A stretch of DNA of 63,985 bases, filler included, from Hyphochytrium catenoides (GCA_900088475.1; 15 parts of 15 records of this genome joined end to end with filler, not necessarily neighbours in it), one strand, 5' to 3'. Numbered from the whole stretch's first letter, positions 22,591 through 36,752 are shown. Notes: generated from the letters alone by a model not told the origin. Numbers and translations: made by a program.

Positions 22591-24730
22591 GCAATACAGC
22601 CACATATCATCAAGAAGCTCCCAGTCCCAGGCATCAGGAAGGGATGACAGCCTCCTTCCTCCATAGATCACAAAGTATTCCCGGCCATCAACGGCTAGAA
22701 GTGAGGGAGAGAAAATGAGAGACAGAAGAGAGAAGACAGTCTAGACAACCTGAATGCGCCGGAGACACCAATAAGAAGAAAGACTGGGAGACTAGGGAAG
22801 ACGGAATGCGAAGGGAAGACGGAAAGCGAGAGGAAGAGGGAGAGTGCAAGAGAATGACAGAGGGAAGCGAAGGGAGTCAATCCATGTCAACTAGTTAGGA
22901 AGCGGACCTTTAAGCAGAGTCCCAGCATGGGAAAACCTTCCCGGTGGCTTTCTATCTCCTTCGGGGACTATCTGGTTCCAACGCTTCGAGGAGAAGTTAT
23001 AGCGCCAGAAGTCATCAAAGTCTCGGGGGGAGACGGCATCCGAATATCCTCCAAAGACATACATGCTGTCGTTGTGCACCACGGAGACCTTCGAATGGAG
23101 AGCAGGTGAAGATTAGAACAATACGCTTGGGAAGGCCAGTGATGGCACCTCAATAGTAGGTATGTATGGGAGAATTAGGGAGGCCAAGAAGAGGGAGATG
23201 CGCTGAACCAGCATAGCAGGCAAGAATCAATGAGAAAGAACACATTAATCGGCAGCCCAAAGAAGTAACACGTGCTTTGTAGGACAAGGGAAGCAGATAG
23301 GCCATCATACGGCAAAACGCAATGCGTGAGGATGCCAAACATTTCCATATGGAGACCAGTCGCACCGGCTCTATCCTCGCCTCCGGCCAAAGACTGTCTA
23401 GTGGAGTCTCTTTGACCCAGCCGGACCCAGACAGTAGGTCAAACCTCCAGAGGTCATCCGTATCCAGAAGCTCAAGGCCATTACTTGCTGAGCTACTTCC
23501 GCCAAAGACGTAGAGCTCAGAGACAGCGCCGGTATTGCGGGCGACCTGTAACCAACATAGTAAGGGAGCATGGCCCGGAGGAGAGAAAAGTGGGCGAAAT
23601 GAGAGAGATTGAGTTAGTTGGAAGATGGAAAGTAGAGGTCGGGTCCTCATCATCTTGTCGAGCTATCCATCTCTTTTTGCCCATTTCGTTGTCTTGGTAA
23701 CGATAGCACTGTCATCCACTCTGTCTTTTGCTCTTCTTCGTCTAGCTAGTGAAGTGACCTACCATGCTAAAGGATCTCCGCGCAGGGATACTCTGGCCTC
23801 TAGGAGTAAGCTCTACCCATTTGAAGGTGTTTGCATCAAGCTACAGCGTCATAAGGTATGCAAAGTAAGAAAGAATGAGCGTCAGCTACAGGATATCCCT
23901 ACTAGAAGCCGAACTAGGCAATAAATGTGCCCTCAGATGGAGAAAGTAAGAAAATAGGCGAGCTCAAGACCGAGGTAGTGGTTGTCACGTACCACCCACA
24001 GGTCATTCAGTAGGCCATAGCGTACCCTTCCTCCAGCGCCTATATGGATGAAACAGTAAAGAGAGAAAGACACAGAAAGGGTCCCGGCTGTGAGCGACAG
24101 ACACAACAGCCAGGCCACGGTAAAACATGACATGGAAAAGAAGCAGAAGTGGAAGGGACGGAGGAGAACCACATAGCGTGGGACGACCAATTTTGGCGAG
24201 CGGTCAAGCCTACCGTTGGGGATGCTAAGGAAAGATCAGCACCATGAATGGGGAAGGCAAGGGAGAAGAAGCAGATGCTACAATTCAACACGAACCTCGT
24301 CACTTAGGCCATCTTACCTCCGAATATATAAATCTGGTCATCTACGATGGCCATACCATGCGATGTACGGGGTGCAGGTCCAGACAGAGCAGAGGTCCAT
24401 ACCGTGCTCCACTGAGCAACGACGGACATCCTGAGGCGCCCCAAGAAAAGGAGGAGTAGAAAAGATGAAGCGGTTCCCCATGACAATGAGCGCATCCTTG
24501 CTCTCCCACCCAAAACTCCCACCAGCCAGAGCTGCAGTGGCGAAACGAGAGGAGGCGCTCAAACTGCAATGCCTCAAATGACTAACGCAATTGGAAGCTC
24601 AGCATGCTGATGCATTGATTGATGTTATTCGAAAGTTAGGAGTTGAGAGTAGGTAGGACCTCTGTGCTTGAGTTGAAGAAGCCACTAGCGTTTGTGGAGC
24701 AGCTTCAATTGCCTCGTTCCCAAAGCCTCA
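22591..24730 (-). CDS. Kelch-repeat beta-propeller protein, multi-exon, partial; boundaries approximate
   Basis: Kelch motifs PAPRTSHGMAIVDDQIYIFGG, LLNDLW|LDANTFKWVELTP, LYVFGG..DDLWRFDL..W, MYVFGGY..DDFWRYNFSSKRW..PPGRFSHA, VIYGGR..LDDMWLY, joined by GT-AG introns. Confidence 0.85.
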
Positions 24731-26095
24731 ATTAGGGCTACCCTGCCTCCTCTCTCTTACAATATTTATTACGGCCTGGGCGCCAGTATTTGTCACCTTC
24801 TCTTTCTCTTCCCTCTCTCTCGCTCTCCCTTATCTCCTTTCAACCTCTCTCTACACTCTCTCTCTTACTCTTTCTCTCTGCTCCCTTTCCATCTCTCCTT
24901 ATACTACTCGTTCCTGACGCCCGCCCATTACGTTAGAGGTTGAGCCTGAAGAAGGGGATGAGATGATGGTCTTTGCTGTCAGAAGTCCAGGTGTGCAGCT
25001 CTGGCACCGTATGTGAGGATGCGAAAGCACTGACCTCCATTGAAGAATAGCTGGGTTCTTACGAGGCAGAAAGGTGTGAAGGAGGGTAAGAGCAGCTATG
25101 GGGCTTAACGCAGTTACATAGCGAGAAAGCCAGCCGGAGAAATAGAGAGCGAGAGAGAGAGAGAGAAGGAGAGAGACAGAGACAGAGAGAAGAGAGGAGT
25201 GAGAGANNNNNNNNNNNNNNNNNNNNNNNNNNNNNNNNNNNNNNNNNNNNTTAATTAATTAANNNNNNNNNNNNNNNNNNNNNNNNNNNNNNNNNNNNNN
25301 NNNNNNTCTCTCTCTCTCTTCCTTTCTCTCTCTCTCTCTTTCTCTCGTTCTCTCTCTTTCTCTCTCTCACATTAACTCTTGGAATCCTCTGCATTCATCT
25401 GGGCAGAAGAAGAATGTCCCTTCACTTCAACCCTTCAAGTTGAAGATTTGATAACTAATTCATAATCATAGGGTAGTGTCCCATCGTACTAAAGAGAGAT
25501 TACCATGGTATTGGAAAGGCTCGATAACTGTATATTACTGAGAATGTTTGTGTTTTGATAACTTTTGAGAGGTTATTATTACAAAAGGTGTACATCCAAA
25601 CAGAAAAATAGCCTTCTTTATTCCTGATAAGCTGCAGATATGGGCCATTGTGTTCTTGATATGTACGGTGGATGATGCTGATGCAGGGCGGTCGGAATAA
25701 CTTTTGGGGACCGATCTTAGACGATCTTTCTGGTTATCTGGTTGGTCCAAATTATATGTTAGAGAAGACACGCTCCCTTGCTAAATGTAGCACAGAGACA
25801 GAGAGAAGGTGCGCGAGAAAGAGTGAGAGAGAGATAAAGCAGATGCGATATAGGTCAACTGTTGCAAGAGGAGAGAAGAGAAGGAAGCGAGACAGAGCTA
25901 GACAGAGAGAAAAAGTGAGAGAGTGATGAAGATCAGGAGGAGAGAGAAAAAAGAAGACAGAGAGAGAGAGAGAGAGAAAGTGGTAGTGACAGTTGGAGAC
26001 CAGAAGATGAGAGAGAAAGAGAGAGAGCGAGTGAGAGAGAGAGAGGAGGAGAGAAGGAAGAGAGAGAGCGAAAGTAAGAGAGTTGAGCGAGAGGA

Positions 26096-26132
<37 letters not shown>

Positions 26133-26734
26133 CCGAGACAGAGAGAGCAAGAGAGCGAGAGAGAGAGAGAGAGAGAGAAAGACGAGGAACAAAAGAGTGA
26201 ACGGGAAAAAAGAAAGAACCGCGAGAGAGAACTTAGTAAGGGGAAAGAAGAGAAAAGAGAAGAGAAAGAGCTCGATTTTGGAGGAGAAAGAGAAAGAGAA
26301 CCTAAGGGACAGACAGAGGGGAGAGAGAGAACAGGAGACAGAGCCGCCAACAGGTTCAGAAGGTGTCTAGTCGGTCAGAAATGTTGAAGATACACAGGAC
26401 GGGGGACGGGAGAGAGAGAGAGANNNNNNNNNNNNNNNNNNNNNNNNNNNNNNNNNNNNNNNNNNNNTTAATTAATTAANNNNNNNNNNNNNNNNNNNNN
26501 NNNNNNNNNNNNNNNNNNNNNNNCTTAGGCCACGAGACGCCCCCGGTTGGCTGGGACTGAAAATAGTGAAAGACAACGACTTTCGTGAGAGGTCTGAACC
26601 TTAAGAGAAGAAGAAATGAAAGAAGTGCGGAAAGGTAAGCGAAAGCCTAGCCGGACAGAAGTACCGTTTAACCAGTGTACCGCTTAACCAGATTAACCAC
26701 AACAGGCGAATGTGCTGGTAATGGAGAGTGCTTA

Positions 26735-28620
26735 CGGCGTCATTGACGAAGTACTAGCGCTTCTAATGCTGGCTCCGTGTTGACTAAGCTCTATAACCTC
26801 CTTTAGCATTTCTCGGCATTTCCTCGCTTTCTCATTGTCTCCCACCTGGACTGCCAGTAGGATGCTCTGCAGACAAGCGTACGGAAGTAGGAAATGGAGA
26901 TGGGGAGATATAGAGTGAGGAACGACCAAGAGAGGGTAAGAGGGCTATGAATGCCGCTATTCCTCAGGTCATCTCTAAGCAAGATGCGAGGTTTGCCAGC
27001 CGAGGGAGAGTACTCATACGCTGAGGTTCAGGTCAATACTACAAATCACTAAGCTGAAAACACGAAGAGGCTACCTGCACCAACAGCTGCACATGTTTGT
27101 GCATCTGGGAGGCGAGCTGTCCTTGCTGGTGGGGCAGTGCGCCATCCTGGCGGGAGGGGGTCCTAACAAAGCACATCAAGTTGCTTAGCGTGGTAGCAGA
27201 AACAGAGGAATAGGGTTCAGGCGAGTAGACACCGGATAAACCGCAGACTGACGAGCAGAGAAGCAAGACAACAGAAGTCGGAGGCTACAGAGAGGAGAAG
27301 GGCGAACACTGGCGGTAGCCAGCGAGGGGGTTTAGAACAACACCCGGCAGCTGATAAAGTCAGACAGATGGAAAGTGACAAGGAAAGGACGAACTCAAAG
27401 GCAAGATGGAGCAGACAGGGAAAATGTTACCTCGCGTTTTGGCTCTGCAGTTGATCTTCAGCGGGAAGAATCAGGCGGTTTGCGGGGCGCAACCACGCAT
27501 AAGTAAACTGGGTCCGATCCAGCAACAACGCGTTTAGTTCCCTAGAAGCCAGGAGTAAAATAGAGGGAGAGGTTGAGACGGACTGAAGGAGAAAGGAGGG
27601 GCAGCAGCACCATGAGCAAGGAGGAAGACTCACCGCTGGGATATACGTAGTGAGGCATCATCTTCAAAATCTGGTCCATCACCATCTTCCTCTGGCACGT
27701 ACTCTTCATCATTGTCAGCTGTTTGCACAATAAATAGCGGAAGGTGAAGTCATTAATGTTTGCCAATGGAGCTTGAGGTCAGCGGATGGTGGTGCAAGTA
27801 TCTCGGAGATAAGACGAAGAACATTGGAGGCAGATGCCCACAGAAGAAACGCTCAAGAGAGCAGGGATGATGGAGAGGAAACAGCTGTCCCTCATGTTAC
27901 GGGAGAGAAATGATTGATCATGCAAGACCCAGGAGGTTAGTCTATTTATAGAATGGTAGCAAGAGGATGTGGATCCGTGGACTAGAGAGTGACATGCGTC
28001 CAGCAAGGTTCCTCAACGGACAGAAATTTAGCGAGAAGTGATGCGGCTAACCATCTTGTTCGTCATCGGCTAGATCCTGGCCCAATATGCCCTTCAAAAA
28101 CTTCTGATACTCTTCATCACGCTCTAGCTCGTCAAACACTCTGCGTGGATTCGGAAGGCCCAAGCACCAAAATTATTATGTCTCACCCTCAGCTCCTTCG
28201 CTCTATCCTTACCCTAGGTCGGCCTGCTCGTTCAGCGCCGCTTCGAGCTGCTCTAAGCTGGCGTCCACCAGCGAGTACTTCGTTCTGGTCCGCGTCGCGA
28301 TGTTGCCATCACTTTGCACGTCATCCGAGACGTTTTCTTCATCCTCCTCCCCTTCCTCCTCATTCCACGGCTCACGGCTCTCCTCCGCCTCCATCGGCAG
28401 GGCCATCTCGGTCACTGATCACATCTCTTTCTTCGCCATTGATGGTTCTATCAGCACGGTAAGCCCTACTGCTTGCCTCCTTACTGCCTTTACCCAGCCC
28501 TCCAAGCTCCGCAACACCCCCTGCCCTTTCGACTGCTTCACCAGCAGCAGAGGCAGCGTCCCATTCTGGAGCATGTGGGCAGAGAAAGAGCGATGCGTGA
28601 ACAGAGGACTGCTCTGAGCT
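26735..28620 (-). CDS. GON4L/YY1AP1/DUO3-like nuclear regulator, multi-exon, partial; boundaries approximate
   Basis: Acidic stretch followed by IATRTRTKYSLVDASLEQLEAALNE, and HQQGQLASQMHKHVQLLVQV. Both match conserved blocks I recall from GON4L/DUO3 proteins (IxxRTRxxxxLxxxxLxxLE; QxxxLxxxxxxHVQLLxQ). Confidence 0.7.
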
Positions 28621-29212
28621 TGTGGAGGCAGAGATAGAGGGAGAGACGGTCTGGCTGGGAAGAGTTCTGCAACGTTTGACTTTTGAAGATTCTGATGATC
28701 TTCAGAGTGTGATGAGTGATGAGCAGTACGAGCAATCAGTCATCTCAACTCCTGGGGGGGAGCTCAGAGGTATAGACGAACATTTACAAAGGGAGAGTGT
28801 CCCTACAGATTCGCAACAAACGGCATTATTATAACTGATGATAGCCGTAACCTAACTTACACTGGCTCATACGAGTTTAGTAATGAATATGAGCGATTTA
28901 TCGCTAGCTACAATCCTAGGTCCTTGTTTAATAGGCATCAACTAAAGTTGAGTACCGAATATAAGAGCCTGAAAAGGAGGTATCTGGAATGAGGTAAATC
29001 ATCGAGAAACATCGATGCAGACAGTTTCAAACCTTCACCATCATCACACCGGCAGCTCTTCTCCTCCGTCACTTCCAGAGCAGAGCCTCCACAGCTCATC
29101 GGGAGGATGAGANNNNNNNNNNNNNNNNNNNNNNNNNNNNNNNNNNNNNNNNNNNNTTAATTAATTAANNNNNNNNNNNNNNNNNNNNNNNNNNNNNNNN
29201 NNNNNNNNNNNN

Positions 29213-30496
29213 CTGGTCTGAGTTTACGGAGCCAGATGATGTTCCGCCGGGAGTCAAGTTCATTGGTCCTGTACCGCATGACTACCTTTTTCCGGTAAGG
29301 TTGTGGCACTGGAAGTGAGAGGTCGTGGGGTAGAGAGTTGGACAGATGAGCTATTCCAAGAGATAGAGAAGGGAGACACAAGCTACTCTAATGTTAGTTA
29401 GGAGCAGTTGGACAAGCCTAAAGGGCCTCCCAGTACCCGCCATGAGGACAAGGGTGTACAGGGATATTGGACTTGCTTCTCTCTTAACGACCTTCCCTTA
29501 ACACTAATGGTACCCTCTCGCAGCTCGTATCGGCGGTGGTCCATCATGGAGGCGCAGGTACAACTGCTACGGGTCTTAAGTTCGGAAAACCGACTCTGGC
29601 TATCCCGTTTTTCGGGGACCAAGTACGTCATGCTCCTTTGCTCTGAAGTACAGTGATAGTCTAATGAGGGTGCCGTAGAAGCGTGTCTTAGAGTGTCACC
29701 TCCTTCATGCCCGGCTCTCTTAGTACCAGTCCCCATCTCCTCCGTTTAATCTGGACCTCCTGTTTTGAGAGGATTCCTCCTTGCATCTTTTACGTTACGT
29801 TACTTGGGCTTGTTCATATCGGTATCGGGGAACAAACTCTATTTGTCGTTGGGTGTTTACCGTCAAGCGAATGCTTTTCCCTTCCTTACTAACTTCTGCC
29901 CTTTGCTACAGTTCTTTTGGGGTCAGATGTTGGAGGAGATGCATTTAGGAGCCTTTGTCCCATACAGTGAGGTGCTAAAGAAACAGGGAACACGCTTTGT
30001 AGAGGCTCTCAAGACCGTGCTATCCCCAGAGGTGGCCGCAAATGCCTCTCGGGCAGCAGAGGCCCTAGCGCGAGACATATCAATGGAAAGGTCAATCAGG
30101 TCCTTCCATAGGTAAGAAGGGAGAAGAGTAGCGGAAAATGAGAGAGAGAGGGCGCTTTAGAGGAGGAAGCAAGCAAATCTGTATAGCCGAAGGGTGGCGG
30201 TGTAGTACTCTAACATGAGGTTAAAAGGAAGGCATACATGGGAGATGTGAGCCTGTTAATGACGAGGCGCCTGGTGTTAACCGACGATGCTAGCGAAAGA
30301 AAGATTGCGTGTGGACTATCCGGAAGGGTTATAAGTAATCTACCCGTGGAAGAGACTTAGTTTCTTCTCTCCCTCTCTCTCTTCCCCTATTGTTGCCTCT
30401 CTGTCTTTTCTTAACCCTAGATATCTTCCACTGGCTCGCCTAGGCTGCGACATATTTCCTGAGAAGGTCGCTGAATACTACGATCCAGAACATAAG
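29213..30496 (+). CDS. Sterol 3-beta-glucosyltransferase (GT1, UGT51/UGT80-like), internal fragment. Exons 29213-29294, 29524-29622, 29912-30111, 30421-30496
   Basis: [11 protein letters not shown]|[33 protein letters not shown]|FFWG (UDP-sugar signature), then SFHR|[20 protein letters not shown] branch point at 29887. Confidence 0.93.
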
Positions 30497-31288
30497 GTAA
30501 GGACAGCTCAGGACGCTTTGNNNNNNNNNNNNNNNNNNNNNNNNNNNNNNNNNNNNNNNNNNNNCCATGGGATACAGCCAGTACGAGAACAAAGTAGCGC
30601 TAAGCGTTTTATATCTGCCGCGACGGAGCCTCTTAGTGGCTCTCTTTCCCGTCTGTCCTTATTCCTCTAGCCAGCGCTGCTCCTTACTGATTGCTGTGTT
30701 GCCTCTTCATGTAGCGGTCTGGATAGTGTCCGGAGCTGGACTACGCCGCTCAGCGAAGAAGAGAAGCAGAGNNNNNNNNNNNNNNNNNNNNNNNNNNNNN
30801 NNNNNNNNNNNNNNNTTAATTAATTAANNNNNNNNNNNNNNNNNNNNNNNNNNNNNNNNNNNNNNNNNNNNTACGCGTGTCATGACTCTAGGGGTCCTCG
30901 AGTTCTAACTAATAGAATGGAGAGGGAGAGAGAGAAGGGGAAAAGAGAGGAGATTGCGAAGCAACTTGGCCTTCGGATCAGAACCGGCGTCAATATTAGG
31001 TTGTTGTTACCAATTGTCATGTAGTACTTATATCGAAGAATTAATTGTGAGGCTTTCTGTAGGGCTACTGAAGCCTTAGAAAAGAAACTAGCAAGGCCTT
31101 TATGCGACAATAAGAGATCCCAACTGACCTTCATCTGACATCGCTTTCTCTCCCTCTCTTTCGCTCTGTCTCTCTCCTCCATCATCAAGTCAGATGGAGA
31201 AGGACAGGAAAGAGACTGGAAGAGACTCAAAAGACACGTATCACCAGAAAAAGAGAGAGGGAGAGAGACAGAGGGAAAGAGAGAGAAG

Positions 31289-31332
<44 letters not shown>

Positions 31333-31688
31333 GAGAGGGCAGCAGTGAGGGAGACAGACCCAGATGCGATCAGAGGAAATTTAGAAAGGGACAAGCAGAA
31401 AGCATTGAAGGAAGTCAGCCAAGAGAAGGGAAGCGGCCATCCTCCCAGTCAGAAGAGTCCTAGGCCCGACTCTGTAGCTTCCACAGAGAATGTATTCTAC
31501 TCAATTAATGGAGAGGCGACGGAGAGAGAGCCTACACACTCGTTATCTCTCTCTCTCTCCCTCCATTCTCCCTTCTCTCTCTCTCTCCCTCCATTCTCCC
31601 TTTCTACCCCTCGGATGTTCTCTAGTGTCTCACTCTTCATTCTTCTTTCCCTGTTCTCCGGCTGTCGCTGCCGGCCTGCCGTCACTGC

Positions 31689-32239
31689 TTAGAGACCATC
31701 GGGCGCCTCTCTAGACTGGTCAATAACTATGTCCTGCAGATCATCCACAGGGTCCTCCTCCTTATAGTGGTCCGCCTGCACCACGGCAGCTATCTGTTTG
31801 GCTACGGAGAGACGGGTCATCTTGCCTAAGACTTTGTCCTTGGGATGCAGGATTGTATTCGTGCAGACAAGCTCCTCCACTGGCGCTGAGCGCAGCAAAT
31901 CAAAGGCATTCTCGTTCATCATCGCGTGGGAGACATAGGCAAAGACTCTCTTAGCTCCCATCTCCTTTAGTTGTTTGGAAAGACTGAAGAGCGTCCCGCC
32001 AGTATCGACAAAGTCATCCACAATGACAACATCAGCGCCTATCAAACGAGACAGAGAGGGCCGCGAAGAGGACATCAGCCATAAGTTCTTTAGGGCAACG
32101 TTGCAAGGGTCACGAAGTCCCAAAAGTCAGATAGATAGAGAGAAAGGAGAGCGGTAAAGAGCTGGCAATGTCAACAAAGAGACATCGAAAGTATCTGCTA
32201 GGTATACTGAGACGCGGGGCAAGCAGCAGGGGAGAGAGA

Positions 32240-32275
<36 letters not shown>

Positions 32276-33299
32276 AGAGCCCGTGTGTGTACTGTCTCTC
32301 ACCTGTAACATTGCCAACCACTTCGGCCAGATCGTGGTCTCTGTATGGATTGTCCACGATGTCAACGGGCTGCACTGCGGCCGCCAAGCCAACAGAGAGA
32401 TCAGGACGCTGCTTCCTCAGGCCCACCTGGAACCTTCGCGCCTTCACTACCATGCCGGAGTTGGGAGAGACGACGACCACAGGGTTCGTCAGTTTGCCCT
32501 AAAAACATTAAGAAAAAGAAAAAAATGATGAGGAGATCGATCCCAATCATCCTGCTAACGCCATGCGCTGTCTGTCCGTTTCTTCTCTCTTGTCTTAGGC
32601 AAGTCTTTCTCTTGCTATCCCTTAAAATAACTTCGTCGCACGCCTTTGCGCCTCATTGGAGCCCCTCGGTAACGCTACTTTTCTCTTCTCTATATCTTGA
32701 GAATCTCCTCTCTGTTATGTTTTGGTTCTTTCGTTAGCTGAACGCCCTCGAATTGACCACTTACAGGCTTAGAGAAGTAGTCTAGTCCCATGTTAAGGCT
32801 GTCCAGACTCTCAACAGGAATGGAGGAGTCAAAGAACGAAGAAGAGACTTCTCCGTGCTTCTGTAGATCCACAGCGATAACTCGATCAACTCCTGCGACC
32901 TCCAACATCTTCGCCACGTCCGCGCTCGTGCTCATCAAAAACTTTGACTGCATGGACTTGGACATAGGGAGACCGCGGCGGTGGTGCTTGTACGCATAAT
33001 AGCTGTGAAGCCATCATGAGCCGTGCAGAGATAAGATGAAGGGTTAGATCGCTGACTCAGTAGATACAGACAAGGCGAGAGATAGGACTCTAAGGGAGCA
33101 AGAAACAGAGGGCTCTCTTCTCTCCGTTGTCACTCACGGTATCACCACAGTCACTCTCTTCGCGCTCGCTCTTCTAGCGGCAGTGACCATGAGTATCAGC
33201 TCCATCACTGTGTCATTCACCGGCGCTTGAAGACTCTGACAGAGGTACACATCTCTTCCTCTCACGCTTTCTCCGATCTGCACAGAGACTTCCCCGTCC
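31689..33299 (-). CDS. Ribose-phosphate pyrophosphokinase (PRPS) family homolog with divergent active-site motifs; 5'-truncated. Exons 33299-33138, 33002-32765, 32498-32303, 32038-31689
   Basis: [78 protein letters not shown]. All introns GT-AG and in phase. Confidence 0.93.
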
Positions 33300-33559
33300 N
33301 NNNNNNNNNNNNNNNNNNNNNNNNNNNNNNNNNNNNNNNNNNNTTAATTAATTAANNNNNNNNNNNNNNNNNNNNNNNNNNNNNNNNNNNNNNNNNNNNG
33401 GGGGGGAGAGAGAGAGAGAGAAAGAAAGAGAGAAACAGAGAGAGAAATAGAGGGACAGGGAGAAACAGACAGAGAGAGAGAAATAGACAGAGAGACACAC
33501 AGAGAGAGACACAGAGACACAGAGACACACAGAGAGACACAGAGAGAGAGAGACCACTA

Positions 33560-36500
33560 TTTGTGTGGATCTTGTCCCTCACCCTCTGTAGCTGTGGTGG
33601 TGCATTTGGTGACGAAGCCTCTGGGCACGTGTGTCCGCTTCAGGATCCTCCAGTTCGAAGTGTCCAAAGAGAGCTTTCTTCCGCCTTTACTCTTGGCAAT
33701 TGGGACGGTAGGACCAGACGCCTGTGAGAGTGAGAGAGGAATGTGTGCGTGAAGAAAAGCGAGCGGGCTGTGAGAAAGAAAGAGAGAGAGAGAGAAGGAA
33801 GAGAGTGGACTGAGAAAGAGAGCCTGCACCAAATGCATGCAGGCTTCTAAGGAGCCGCTAGTGGGTGATAACCTCAGAAGAGAGATAGAGGGCTGGGGCT
33901 TCTATAAGCATTTGAGGTGAGAGAAAGAGAGAGAGTAAGAGAGAGAGAGAGAGAATCGGGAGCGGGAGCCATATCATCCAGGTAGACTGTGCACAGATAG
34001 CTTAGTAGAGAGTAGAATAAGTAAGCAATGAAGGGAGAGAGACCATCGAAGTACCTCTCCCTCATGCTCTTGAGGGTTCGCTGGGACCATCCCTGCCTGG
34101 GAAAGGTTCAGTCTGGGCACTTTGCCTCTCTCTTCCTCTTCTTTTTCTTGAGTTGCAGAAGAGAGTCAGTCGTTCCTCAATCATTCATGGACGGCAGTGT
34201 GGGCATAAATAGAGAGAGACAAAGAGACAATAAGGGACAGAGAGAGAGAGAGAGAAAGAAAGAAGAGCACCCCAAGCGAGTGACTTCTCGTTGCAGAACT
34301 TTGTATGACTCTGTACCTTGCCCACCAGCTCTTCCCTCTTCTTGGTTGGGACTCTCCTGCTTCTCATCACTGCTCCGGTCACTGCGGGCAGTAAAGACCT
34401 GGACCAAGAGTAATAAGGAAAGGTCGATAGAGTGGCAATCTGAAGGTAAGAGAGAGAGAGAGAGGGAGAGAGTATATGAAAGAGAGAGGCCAACGAGAGC
34501 AAACAGCCTGCAATGAGGTAGACACCATTTAAGGAGAGTGAAGGGATAAGAAAATTGTAGAGAACGAGAGAGAGAGAGAGAGAGAGAGGACACCGCTGGG
34601 CTAGAAAGATGATGACCTACCTCGAGGTTCCTCTGATAGAGTCCCAGCTTCACCTTCAACTTGTCTATGAATCGTTCGTTGGAAGCTAGATCCTCCACCA
34701 GCTTGTCCAGAAGGGCTGAGCAGACAGTGAAAAAAAGAGAGAAAGAAAAGAGAAGCAGAGAGAGAGAGCGTGTTATGACAAATATGAGCAGAGTGAGCCA
34801 CCCAGCTCCACTAGTGCAGTTCAACGCCGAAGCGAGTTGACAGGCAGTTTAGGCTTGATAAAGAGCCAGTACAGAGCGGGTGATGACAGAGAGAGAAGAG
34901 AGAGACAGCAAGAGAAAAGGACAAAGAGAGAGAGATAGAGATGAGAACGAGAGAGACAAAGAGGCAGAGATATGGAGAGAGGACGGGTGAAAGAGGAAGC
35001 GTTAGCCGCAAAAGAAGGGAGGCCCTTTTTGATGTGTGGCTGTGTCTCTGCTTATTCTAACCTCCTTCACTCGCTGCGGCCTTCCTCCCAGCGGTATCAG
35101 CATCCTCTTCCCTCCTGGTGCTTTCCTTCTCTTTCTCTTTCTCCTCATTCGCCGTCTTGGCAGTCTTCGGGCCATCGGCGCGGGCCTGATCTATGGCCTA
35201 GGAAAGGAAGGAAAGAGGGAGAGAGGGTCATACAGGAGAAGAAAGAGACAGTAAGAAACGCCGAGCTAGCATCGAAAGGAAAGAGTACTGAGACGGAAAC
35301 ACACAGAGAGAGAGAGAGAGAAGACAAACATGGAGAAAGAAGACTGATAGCGAGAGAGAGAAGAGTAATCGAAAGAGAAAAATAGACAAGTAAACAAGCA
35401 GAGAGAAGGTCAGGAAGTATGGAGAAGATCCTCTGGTTCACCTCTGGCCAGTTGGGGGGAGGGTCCCAAGAGTATTGATTATGACGGCCTTCATGACTGC
35501 TGACAAAGAAGCAGACGCCTGTCTCTCTCTCTTCTCTTTTCTCCCATTCCTTCCACGTAGCCACCAGAGAAGATAGGCGTATCCTTTCCTCCCACTCCGC
35601 TCGCACCTGTTCCTGAAGGATTGAGCGACAGTCAGCCAGAGGCGTCTCACACCTCAAAGTCCAATAACATCTCCTTGGTGTCTACTACTTTTGCTCTCTC
35701 TCTCTTTCTTTCNNNNNNNNNNNNNNNNNNNNNNNNNNNNNNNNNNNNNNNNNNNNNNNNNNNNNNNNNNNNNNNNNNNNNNNNNNNNNCAACTTTCTGC
35801 CTCTCTCTTACCGAAAGTGAGCCTTCCAACGCTTCCTTTCTCTTCGCCTCCTTAGCACGTAACTGCTCCTCAATCCTAGGCACATAAAGAAGAAGAGTGA
35901 GGGAAAAGAGAGACGTGGGCGTGGAAGGCTTCTACCTCTCTTTCTCTCTTTGCTTGGCTTCCAGTGCCAGCCTTCCTTGTTCTATCTTTGCTCTCAGTCT
36001 TTCTTCTTCAGCGGCCTTCTTTTCAGCCTCTTCTCTTGCTCTCTCCTTCTTGTTAAAGACTTCGAGGCCGCTTATCTGGACGACAGAGAGAGAGACCAAA
36101 CCGCAGAAAGCAAGGTCAGAGAGAAAGAGAGAGAGAGAAGAAGAGAGAGAGAGATGACAAGGGACAAGAAAGTCCAGAAGATCATGAACAGCTAAGGAGT
36201 ATCTTCACAAACAAATCAAAAAAAAAATCCCTATCTCTCCGTCTCTTTCTCTCTCTTCAGCTCTCCGGCCGGTATGTCCCTTCTTCTTCTTCTTTCTCTC
36301 TCTCCATTTGTTGTCTCTCCCCATGTCCCTCATCTCTGGTTAGCACTCTTTCTTTTGAACACCTCTCTCTCTCTTCTCTTCTGCTTACCTCGAAGCCGAT
36401 CATGGTCAGAAACTCCATGAGTATCGTGCAATTATTAGGGTCATTGCTCCCTGCCAGCGCCTTGGTCTGCCCAATATAAACATAGTCTTCCTCTTTCCGG

Positions 36501-36707
36501 CAGCGGATCAACTCTTTCTCCGTTCGTTCCTCACTGTGCCAGCGATAACGAAGGTTCGTACGAACAGTGCTCTGCGCCACAGCCGCAGCAGACGGGCCTG
36601 GAGAGGGAGACAGAGACAGAGTGTGTTGGGCCAGCGGCCGTGAGGAAAAAAGAGAGAGAGAGAGAGAGAGACGGGAGACACAGAGACAGAGACAGAGAGA
36701 GAGAGAC

Positions 36708-36752
<45 letters not shown>

